Assembly: GCA_026025075.1 (NCBI GenBank)
Contig: JAPEUI010000152.1
Location: 1-34,923, forward strand
Direction: 5' to 3'
From: Vezdaea acicularis
Taxonomy: Eukaryota
Length of the DNA: 34,923 nt
Each line of letters opens with the position of its first letter. Position 1 is the first letter of the stretch. Of the stretch, positions 23,429 through 33,233 are shown one piece after another. The translations under genes were made by a program, and so were the position numbers. The notes below the pieces were generated by a model, which was not told the DNA's origin, made no database searches, and saw nothing but the letters and a program-made list of their open reading frames with translations.

Positions 23429-25870
23429 ATGGCGCACGTTATTTTTCCGAGCCACACGGCCACAGGCAAAGCTCCTTTCGACAGCGGAAGCCCGAGTGAT
23501 GAGCCGCAAGAACTATCTGAGAGCCAGCTGCAAGGGCTACCTCTGAGCAAGCAGCTCCAGCTACTGGTTGAACGCATCAAAACCGCCGCAGAAAAGCAAG
23601 AACCTTTGGTCGAGTCGGCAATCGAAGCCTGGGATTACATTATCAACCACCAGACATGGAGAGCAAACTACCCGACATTGGAAGCTCTGAAGGACGAGCT
23701 GAACCGCAGCGCAGGCCTCGATTGCATAATCAAGACACATGAGTCGATCGTGTCTCGCAAGCAACTTGAAATTACAGGAATCGAGAAAGAATGGAAGTGT
23801 TCTCCAGACCAGGCGTTGCCGTCACATATGAAACCTGAACAGTATTCACATATATTACTCAGAGGTTTGAATCAGCTCAGCAGAGTTCTTCCCAAGGAGG
23901 AAGCTATACGCCAGTTGACCATCGCAATCACAACCCGTCAAAGCAAAATCCGAACTAGAAAATCTCCTTTTTTATCATATCCAGACATCAAAGCAGTGTT
24001 GGACCAAATTCAGTCAAAGAAAAATGCTTGCGAAGTTGCCAAGGCCAACGATACGAATCTTGGGGATGTGGCAGGCTCGGAGGTCGTTGCCGAAGAGGAC
24101 ACTTCCATGACTGGGTCAGATTTGGAGACGATCACGGGTGCATCCACTCACAATGAGGAAGAGAAAGGTGGTGACAACGAGGAAGATGATGACAGAGATG
24201 AAGAAAATGAAGGCGACAATGACGATGATGATGACGATAATGTTGACAATGACAAAGATGAAGACATGATGGAAGCTGGAGAGGACCAAGAAGACCAAGA
24301 CATGACGGAAGCTGGAGATAGCCTCATTAGCAATGATAAGGGGCAGAATCAGAATATTCAGCCCTGTTTGGCAAAACTCATGTCCAAGAGGAAGAAGATA
24401 TCATGTCGCTGCCCAAAGGCGTTGATCAAAGAGATGGAATGCACTCGTGCTGGCAGGCTAGAGGACAAGCCAAGTAGCGGGATTAAGCTGCTCAAAAATG
24501 GCAGGAAGTATGGCCTCGGGAAGCTGTGCCACAATCATCTGAGAGTATTGGCCGGCAAGGCCATGATGCTGAAGACAAGTCGTCCGTCGACGGCCCTCAT
24601 TGAGCGACTGGAAACCTTGTGGCAGAACCACGGACAGCTGGACCAACAGAGAGTAGATAATGCGGAATGGTTCACAGGGATGCCGCCTGCCAAAATGTAC
24701 AAATTCATCCCTCTTCCAGCTCCAGCTTTCGATTTCAACTCTGCTATCATATTCGACTGCTTTGCAGGAGACGGCATGTGGTCAAGGTGGATCGACCAGG
24801 GGACTATCAACATTCCAAAGTTCTTTAGTTATCTGGTGGATTCTCCGACAATCTTCTCCAAGGTTGAGCAAGAGTTTGACATGTACCAGCATCACTACTC
24901 TGCACCGGAGAACACAAGGGGCTGGCTGAGGATTATGTACTACTCCTTGACCCAGCAAGTCATTCGACAGGATCCAGCGTACTACGCCGTCACCGTTGCC
25001 AGCCGACCGGACAAGAATTGGCGTCTGATCAGTTACCCGTACTACACCAAGGACACCACAAACCTAGGTAAGAGCACCGAGTTTCGCCACTTTGACATGA
25101 ATGTTCGCAAGTTCTTGAGCACTGGCAAGGGAGGGAACATTATCCAGGGCTGTGTGGCCCTGGATGATGAGACAGACAATGACTGCACTATGCTGATTCC
25201 TGAATTCCACAAGCATATTGCTGAATGGTGGGGAGAAGTGACGAGGAGAAAACAAGCTATCGGAGAACAGCTCCCAAATGGGGAAACCACGAACATTCCA
25301 TCAGAAATGTACACCCCAGAAGACAAGAAGAGGTTTGGTGCGTTTGTTCCCTGCCCCAGTCAGCGAGGTGGGATCCGCATTACCAGGCCGGACATTGCAC
25401 ATGGCTCCAGCAAGAAGGCTGGGCAGCGGCGGCGGACAATTTTTCCTTGGTTCACTGGCATTCGGGACGATCACCAAACGCTTGACAACGAAGAGAGCGA
25501 GACCTGGGACCAGCTGGCTGCTTATCACAGGGCTCTGTTAGCCTGTTACAAGTCACCGAGTGGGAGAAGTGCCGATGCTTACGGCCGGCCAGATGCGCCC
25601 TTTGCCGCGGGAGTGAAGCTATTCAGCACATGGGCCATCGGTGATGCATTGATTGGAGCAAGAAGATGGGATGATCCTATGGTTGTGCGAGACCGAAATC
25701 GGCTCTTGGGACCGGACTCCGAATCCAGAATTGCTTTGGTACAAGAGGTGCGGCAAAGGCTGCTGGACAACTTTTTAGAGGCGTTTCTCATTCTGGAAGA
25801 GGCTGAAAAGACTTCCTTTGGCTCAGACTCCTTCTTCCTGAAGCATGCCTCTGTAGTTTCGTGCTCCTGA
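23429..25870 (+). CDS. 813 aa intronless protein: helical N-terminus, acidic tract, Cys/His cluster and C-terminal PhyH-like 2OG-Fe(II) dioxygenase domain
   Basis: FRHFDMN (HxD), IQGCVALDDETDNDCTMLIPEFHK (PhyH-type strand), RGGIRITRPDIAHGS (distal His) and RRTIFPW (2OG-binding Arg); SCRCP...LCHNHLR upstream. Confidence 0.8.
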   Translation: MAHVIFPSHTATGKAPFDSGSPSDEPQELSESQLQGLPLSKQLQLLVERIKTAAEKQEPLVESAIEAWDYIINHQTWRANYPTLEALKDELNRSAGLDCIIKTHESIVSRKQLEITGIEKEWKCSPDQALPSHMKPEQYSHILLRGLNQLSRVLPKEEAIRQLTIAITTRQSKIRTRKSPFLSYPDIKAVLDQIQSKKNACEVAKANDTNLGDVAGSEVVAEEDTSMTGSDLETITGASTHNEEEKGGDNEEDDDRDEENEGDNDDDDDDNVDNDKDEDMMEAGEDQEDQDMTEAGDSLISNDKGQNQNIQPCLAKLMSKRKKISCRCPKALIKEMECTRAGRLEDKPSSGIKLLKNGRKYGLGKLCHNHLRVLAGKAMMLKTSRPSTALIERLETLWQNHGQLDQQRVDNAEWFTGMPPAKMYKFIPLPAPAFDFNSAIIFDCFAGDGMWSRWIDQGTINIPKFFSYLVDSPTIFSKVEQEFDMYQHHYSAPENTRGWLRIMYYSLTQQVIRQDPAYYAVTVASRPDKNWRLISYPYYTKDTTNLGKSTEFRHFDMNVRKFLSTGKGGNIIQGCVALDDETDNDCTMLIPEFHKHIAEWWGEVTRRKQAIGEQLPNGETTNIPSEMYTPEDKKRFGAFVPCPSQRGGIRITRPDIAHGSSKKAGQRRRTIFPWFTGIRDDHQTLDNEESETWDQLAAYHRALLACYKSPSGRSADAYGRPDAPFAAGVKLFSTWAIGDALIGARRWDDPMVVRDRNRLLGPDSESRIALVQEVRQRLLDNFLEAFLILEEAEKTSFGSDSFFLKHASVVSCS

Positions 25871-26985
25871 GGAGACTTGCATTTATGGCAAAGTTCAGAC
25901 TGTTGGGAAAGCCCCATCCATCTACGATTACCACCAACCCGGGGATATCCCTCTGGGCGAGCATTGACTAGTATCGGGTAAGCTGAGAGGTTCAGTAGCT
26001 GGCAGGAAACTCATACTCTCCGTGGTGATAGGGTCAAAAGCCCTCCTATCAAGGATAACTGTGAGAAGCCGCTGAAACCGTTCATACATGGGATGGCAAA
26101 AGGTTGGTTTTGCAAGACCTTGATCTGGCTGGCCTACTGAGCTTCGGCTTAGAATGCTCTGTGGGGTTCTTTGCTTTGATTCAGCCATTTTTCTGACAAA
26201 CGCCATGGGCCTTTCCAGGTCGCGGTCCACGCTGTGAGCCAAATAGTTGAAACACCAAGAAATTAGCGAGGTATCTTACCAGCAAGCTTAGGGGTGAGGG
26301 TACCTCGCTGCGAGAGAGGTGTGCCAACTTTTCTGCTCATCGCATGCGGTCGATATTGATTTTGAGCGCAACCGCTACTAAAGTCGACGATTGCCGTTAC
26401 TACCCGACCTTGTATATATATAATCACTTCCCTGTGACTCCAAAGAGCCTCTCTATGGCTTAAAACCTCGAGCCTTCAGCTAGAATTGACTACTAGGTAA
26501 GCGCCCTCACACACTCTGCTCACTGTATGAGCGGTTTGAATGATCACCATCCCTTCGTACGCCCATAGAGAGCTGTACTCAACCTCAGCTTTTATCTCTG
26601 GTTCCTGCCATCAACTTCATCATTACGTCTAGGCCAAAATCATCTTTCCATTTCACGCCTAACCGAGAACTGGTTATCAGTCTCGGCTCCCCACAGGGGA
26701 AACAAATGTCTCTATATATATATAATGTGAGTGTATGGAGCACCTGCTGCCTCTATCTTCCATAGTCTTAGCCTGCTTCTATCATCACAAGTGCTACTCC
26801 AATATCAGGCTCGCTGACGAATATTAGTCAGCAGAAACGTCCCTTCTACACCCTTTTCCCACAAAAGTCACCTCTTGGCTTCTCAAGGTAGACAAGCCTT
26901 CAAGGTCTCTATCTTTGACTACGTCGTGTATATACATTAACGAACCATAGATCCTAGGACGTCTTTTCTCCTTGATAAAGCCGTC

Positions 26986-27900
26986 ATGTCCGGCCAACAA
27001 GGACGCGGCAACCACCCTCGATCAACCTCACCTCGCCGAGATGGGCCGTCAAACTATCGCGAAAGGGACTCCGGATACAGTGGCTCTTCTACTCGTGGAA
27101 AATTTTGGGATGATCGTGGAGGCCATGGCGGACATGACGTCCGGAGCCGTGGTGGACGCGGAGCTTTCCAAGGTGGGCGAGTTGTGCATAGCCGTGTCTC
27201 GACCGGATCTAGCCTCCCAGACTTGCCTGCCAAAGTCGACGTACCTGCATCCGGCAGAAACCTTCCTGAGATGGGTTTGAAGATAGTGAGGGAGGTTGGC
27301 ACTACAACAAAGATCATAGTGAATCACTACGAGCTTCAAAGTCTTCCAACAAACAAAAATCTACCAGTACCAAGTATGGTCTATAAACTAATTGGCCATG
27401 ACAGTTACTAAATAAAGGTGTTAGATCCGAATGCGCGTTCCTGAGTCATCCCAAAGAAAAGGTAGCGAAAAGATGTCTGCCGCTCAAGAAGACAAGGCTT
27501 ATCGTCCATGCAAGCTTCCAAGGGACTGTAGGACTAGCATTCGTTGATGATGGTAAGTACATTGCCGAGCTGGTATGCACGCGTCTTGACCATTAGTTTA
27601 GATGTATCCATGGGATACTCACCGCAATACCTTTCCAAGATTGACTTTTTTGGCCATACAACGGCACGCTCAAATCAAGTGGAGGTTACTATTCTCAACA
27701 CAGGCACTCTGAATATTGGTTTACTTGTCAACTATATGCAGAGCAGGAAAATGCCTCTCAACACGATGGGAAACAAAGCTCGAACCGTTACTGAAAATGG
27801 TTGAACGGAGTGTACCCCAGCGATCCCTCGTCCAGATTTGTAACTCGATCAAACGATGATGCCTATTTTTAATGAACTCTCGATGTGTACTTTCAACAGA
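26986..27900 (+). pseudogene. 5' fragment of a fungal Argonaute gene (RG/G-rich tail + N domain), frameshifted and truncated before PAZ/PIWI
   Basis: RGG-rich N-terminus, then GTTTKIIVNHYELQSLP with KIYQYQ in a shifted frame near 27355; intron ~27374-27424; AFVDDG|intron|VSMGYS; VEVTILNTGTLNIGLLVNY; DPSSRFVTRSN..AYF. TATA run near 26712. No PAZ, MID or PIWI sequence follows. Confidence 0.7.
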
Positions 27901-27960
27901 GATACCCGTTCTTTGACAATCTGCTTTTCAGACCGTACATCGTGGTAACAAATCATCCCT

Positions 27961-29321
27961 TTACACAGTACTACCTCTTGCCCTAACAGGCAGTTTATTA
28001 ACCTTATCATCAGTTATGCGACCTTGCTCAGTATCTGAGGGTGAATCTGCTGGCAGAGATGTGTCATCACTTTGACTATCAATTTCAGAAGTCGTTGAAC
28101 TTGGCGCAGTTTGGGCCTGGTGAGCAGCGCTAGATCCACTTGGTTGAGCACAAATGGAGAAGCTAAATGAACTTTAGTGCAGCACGCCTGACATGAGATA
28201 TGAATCCTACTTACACTCGCCAGAATCCATGTATCCTTGTATCTTTTATCTCTCTTCTTACGTGGCCAAGAAGAACCTCTACCTCATATCTGGACCATTT
28301 TAACCCTTCGATGAACGGCGCCAACGTGAAGCCTGAAAGTCCTTCTAGCAGATTGTGCAGGGCCATAGCTCCAATTATCTTCTCCTCATGATCTTTAGGC
28401 CAAGAATTGATTGGCCACTTGCGTTCTTCCCTTTTGATACTAGTAAATCCAGTCTCTGTGAGTGTCTCGATTAAGCCCTGCATCGAATAAAGGGGACGAG
28501 CTTTTTTTTGATATGCTTCCTTTCTGAGATCCGACCATTTCTTTAAATATGAGTCTTCTGGGATTGATGAATCATCACATTCAAGTTGAAGACTAACGTC
28601 CTGTATTTCTAACCATCCATCCGAATTGAGATGTTCTCTACACCATTGTAAGACTCCCAACCAATTTCGAAGGCTTCCAACAAGACCGCGAGTATGAATA
28701 TAATCCCATTTTGTCAAGGGATGCCATTGGCACGTCTCAACATCGTCGACAACAAAAAAGACACCTGAAGGGACCCTGAATTGTTTGATTAGTTGTAAGG
28801 AGTATCGATTCGGACGTGATTTTTCTACTAACAAAGTTGGTTGAATTGCGCTGAGATCAATTCCTGTTACTATCATACCTGGATTCATCTCCGCTATAAT
28901 TTTCATGTTAAACTTGAAATTTTACGTGCAATGGCCTTTGGATTTTTACCAAAATCCATCACCCATATTCCAGTCCCAGTCCCAGTACCAATATCAAGAA
29001 CATTCTGTGCTCCTGATTTAATGGGAGCCTGATATAATTTCCGCCGAATGTATTCAGAAATAGCTGATGTTGCCAATCAAGACGATCTTGCTCCGCCTGC
29101 AATGCATGGTGAGTGAGAATTTTCAACATCAAGTTCTCGTTATGTCTTGCCTCGTCATTAGGTAAAAGATAGCCCTTACTATACGCTTGATAGGTGCGCC
29201 CATACTTCTCAATACCCTCTCTTACTGATGAACTCACGGAAGTGGAACCTTGACTTTCTAGATCTACATTTATTCCTTCGTCTTCGTCGACAACATCTGG
29301 ATTTGGCTGAGTGGTAGCCAT
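27961..29321 (-). pseudogene. LaeA-like (Methyltransf_23-type) SAM-dependent methyltransferase with a 1 nt frameshift
   Basis: STSVSSSV..KYGRTYQAY..YLLPNDE|AEQDRLDWQH, VLDIGTGTGIW, GIDLSAIQP, VDDVE, WDYIHTR, DGWLEIQD and KWPINSWPKD. Four introns, the first GC-AG (29150-29097). ggaaattatat near 29035 lacks one A, so KLYQAP..VLDIGTGTG is out of frame. Confidence 0.88.
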
Positions 29322-30549
29322 TGATGATTCTTGCCAGAGCGAAGATGAATTTCAGAAGATGAGTGATTGGCTAGTCTTTCACTTGATGGATTTGGCGTTC
29401 ACGGCTGGGTATTTATAAGATGGCTTGGACACTAGGATATTGCAGTCATCAACGCATGAAACGTTCAAACAGCTCTGCCATGTTTAAAACTTTAAGATAT
29501 ATGGCTACAGTAAGTTTATACATCGGCTCTGTCTTGGTGTTGTGTTTCCGCTCTACAACCAAACCAGGCCAGGGATACCAAGACCCAAACACATGCGCAC
29601 CCCCTCCTGCGTAATCTAGACCCGGCTATAGATCCAAAGGCCAGAAATATTTGCCATATGTACTTGTATCTGTTGCATTGGTATCTGTCCCATTAGTACT
29701 CAGCAAGGAAGACTCTCCCGGACGGAGAGGCCTCTAAACAACGCTCCGTTACGCCCAAACCGCGACAGCCTCCGGATATGGAGTAGCAATATTCGCCTTG
29801 CCGAACTGGACCACCCCCTTTAATCGAAATGCGCGCATCAACTGTAGCCCCCCGCTCACTCAATTGCTTAGCTTTAAAGTTGCCATATTCAAAGAGTAGA
29901 AGTCTCCCAGGCCAAGATGCCGCTAAGATTCGAGGCTCAAAGCAGGCAGACTGATTGCCGGCTATGACCTCATATTTAGGCAGGCGATCAACATGAAAAA
30001 GCCTTCGGATTCCGAATTGGAGATTTTCACGATCCAGATCAGCCACACTGCGGCCGCATTCGTGAGACTATCACCAACAGATGAATCAGCAAAGAGGCCA
30101 GTTAATAGAACCAAGTCTTACAGTACTCGAAAACTACCAAGTTCTTCAGCTTCCCAAGCTGGGTCAGTTGGATTGAGATGAGTTTGGCTAGAACATGTTT
30201 TCGAGTGAGGCATAACCAATGTATGTCTTTGGTAAGGTTAGGCAACGTACAATGCAGATTTAGGCTAGAATTTGTTTGAGGTCCTCCAGCCTTGCGATTG
30301 GAGAATATATAGAGGCAGCATCATTGAATAGTGATGTATCAGCGGTCAACGGATGAACCTCCCGCAAATACGTCAACCATGCTTGATCCAGATTATTGAT
30401 CAACCTGGCGCCAATGTCTCAATATTGAAATTACAAAATGGCGCTAATCTTTGGACAGGACGGTTTCCGATCATTTTAGAGGGGCGCTAAATGATGTCGG
30501 GCCGAGGCGTGCGAGGCTGCCGCTGGAAATTAGCGAGTATGGCTTACGA

Positions 30550-30590
30550 CAGGGATTGTTCTACAAGGCTATCCTATAGAACAATCCCTG
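30550..30590. repeat. Hairpin, 14 bp perfect stem and 13 nt loop
   Basis: cagggattgttcta - caaggctatccta - tagaacaatccctg, about 90 bp upstream of ATG 30679. Confidence 0.85.
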
Positions 30591-30678
30591 CCATGCTTTT
30601 AGGGGGTTATTGAACATCTCTCCGCCTGGATCTCAAGAAGAAACCGTCCAGGCTACTTCAAATGTCATTTCTTACTCA

Positions 30679-32400
30679 ATGAACGAGTTGACCCTCTCGT
30701 CTCTATGCAAGCCGCCCTCTTCCTACTATCATTCTTTAGACGGTCAAAGGAGCACGGAGCAATTGACATCCTCATCTCGTCTTTCGTTGTCTACAGCGCT
30801 AGATACTCAAATCTATTTTGTGGTCCCATTTGAATCTCATTGGACTGCCGTCTGGATCAACATAAAACCGAAGTCTCCAAAAGAATATCCACGTCAATGC
30901 TTCTATGCATGCTGCCTTCGATATGGGCCATGTTGTCGTACAGTTCTCACACCTGAAGGGGCAGACAAAGTCAAAGCTACCGCTCAAAACTTTGTGGATA
31001 CCCACTGCCGGCGTGTTTCATGGGATTTTGCTGCGCAAGATGACTGGTAAGATATCTGTAATTTATCTTCAGAACAAAGACTAAAGGGGTATTCAGCTGC
31101 ATAGTTGATGAGCCTAATTCTGGCATCGTCACCCCGTGCGTTAATAATGTGTATGAAAGATATAGGGTGTACACGCAAGCAGATCTTGACCGGCCAAATA
31201 TCAGCTCCCTGGTCAGAAAGCGTGGATTGGATAGTTCCCGTGATCAAAGCTCCCGCAGAGAGCATTTCCAAGATTCAGCTTTAGAAGAAATCATTCAGAG
31301 TGAACCAATTGAAAAACGTCAGAAAACATCTCCCAAGAAACCTCTCGAGAAATCTCTTGAGACGTCGGAAGTTGTAACCGGCCTACTGGCACATATTCGA
31401 TGTAGCTTACGTCCTGAACGCATCAAAGACTTCGGTTTTGGGAATGATAAGCTAGGCGGTATTGATACACCCATTGATATTCCTGGTAAAGCCGTTTACT
31501 TCGAGGACTTCTTTGAAAGTGTGGCAGAGCAGCACAAATCCTCAACTCAGATGATAACTTGGGCATATAGATATCTTGCAGCGTGTAGTTACTGGGTTGG
31601 TGTTGCCAATCAAAACCTAAGTTCGGATACTCAAAACCTAAGTTCGGATACTCAGGTAAGGTTTTCATTTACGTGTTCAATTTTACATCTGTGCTAATTA
31701 TCTTTAACACAGCATGTTGTTACTGCTACTCTTGAAAAGGATAAAAAGAATTCTAGATCCACTCGTTTTTACCGGCGGCGTGAAGCTCGATTGCTTAATT
31801 TGATTGTGAATGAACTTCTTCCTCAGTGGGGTAGGAAAGCTTTCCTTATATTTCACGTAATAGCAAGTGAGCACCATGTTTTCAAAAATTATTGGATAAG
31901 TATAACTAACATGGCCGGCAGATAAACGTATGATACTTCGTAAATACCTGAAAGGAAATCATGGCAGTCTTGAAGATCTCGCAAGAGGAGTTTCAACTGA
32001 TCTCCAATCCCGCCCGCCAAAAGAATCATTTGACAATATAGCTGTGCTTAATCCTGTGCCAGTTTTGTGCTAACTGTTTGCCTTGGAGTAAGATTTTTGA
32101 GCTATCCAATATTGTTAAAAGTGTTAAACTGACTCAACTCATCTTATTAGGCACTCAATAGTCTGTCGGTATCTTGAGCTTACTTCAGCTATAGAAGACA
32201 TACCCGGTCTCTTTAACAGCAGTTTAATGCAAAGATTTAACCAAGAGAGCAATGATCAAGTTGATCTGGATTCGTGTCAACAAGAAAGCGAAGTGAGGCG
32301 CGAGAGCACAATTACATCGAATAATAGTTCCGCAGGCCCCATATCTCCTGAGAATGGTAAGATATATACGAGCTTTGTGAATTTTGAGCTGCAGCTGATG
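30679..32400 (+). pseudogene. Multi-exon hypothetical gene with a probable premature TAA at 32071 and a possible degenerate C48-like N-terminus
   Basis: In-frame splicing across donors near 31047 (GTAAGA), 31655 (GTAAGG), 31867 (GTGAGC) and 32087 (GTAAGA) with branch and acceptor sites; 21 bp tandem duplication encoding QNLSSDT twice; 3' end uncertain. Confidence 0.55.
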
Positions 32401-32575
32401 AACTAAATGTGACAGTCGAGGTTGGAATGGATTGGGATACGAATTTTGGTCTTGGTGTTGGTCTTCATTCTGGGCTATGCTCGACAACCACACTAGCTGA
32501 GCTGGAAAAAATACCTTGTGATCCCAATTTTGAGCTATCTGAGATGGAAAAAGACCTTGGATTCCCAATTTCCAG

Positions 32576-33139
32576 CTAATCTCTACTGGCTCGCAATAGA
32601 ATACAAATCATCTTGCCTTTTCCCGAACATTTAAGTTTTGATGTTCCAGAGAGATATACTATAGCTACTTTATTCCAATCAATCTTGAATTCTTGATTCT
32701 TCGAATCAATCACCACCATTTCCAGTTGCCCGTCAATCATCATTGGAATGGCAATGTATAAAGATAACTCCCCTCCAGGTAAATTAAATAAATTAAATAC
32801 ATCACTACCACCATAAAAGGCATAAACTCCGCCTCCAGTACGTTTCACTTCCTGACGATTGATGATTTTATGCTCGGGGTAATCTTCATTGATCTACCGC
32901 TAAAAGTTAGATATGATATTATCGGAGGTCTGTGTGCTAACCTTGCGATAGTATTGCGCATATTCAACCTTCAGCTTTTCGCAACTCGAAGACCATGTTA
33001 ATTGTTTATATTTTCGTCCGTCGTCGAGTGGAACTGCCTCCTCGCTGACTTCGTTCACAGCACTGTCAATCAAAGCAAGCCATGTGGATTGTACAGGCGT
33101 GACCCAATAGCTGTTACTACTGGTAGTACTCAAAGACAT
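32576..33139 (-). CDS. Small hypothetical protein (~170 aa, 2 exons)
   Basis: MSLSTTSSNSYW...EYAQYYRK | GTTAGC..CTAAC..TAG intron | INEDYPEHKIINRQEVKRTGGGVYAF...RASRD* joins ORFs 32900-33205 and 32576-32848 in frame. Confidence 0.6.
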
Positions 33140-33233
33140 CGTAAAGACAATTATTGGTGATGGCCTTTTTGGGTAATAAGCTTGCTCAGCGGGGCGATTC
33201 GACACAGCTGCACGTGCGATATAGCGCGAATTT

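Noticed and set aside
23429..25870. TET/JBP or AlkB assignment for the dioxygenase
   Set aside because: Motif context (QGxVALDD, TMLIPEFH, AHGS) fits the PhyH-like group better; I saw no TET/JBP-specific signature.
25928..26400. Minus-strand 104 aa ORF with a possible upstream intron
   Set aside because: A splice-like signal is present, but there is no convincing start or domain; too weak to call.
29693..30250. Minus-strand 117 aa ORF, possible gene relic
   Set aside because: Non-ATG start and no motif I can recognise.
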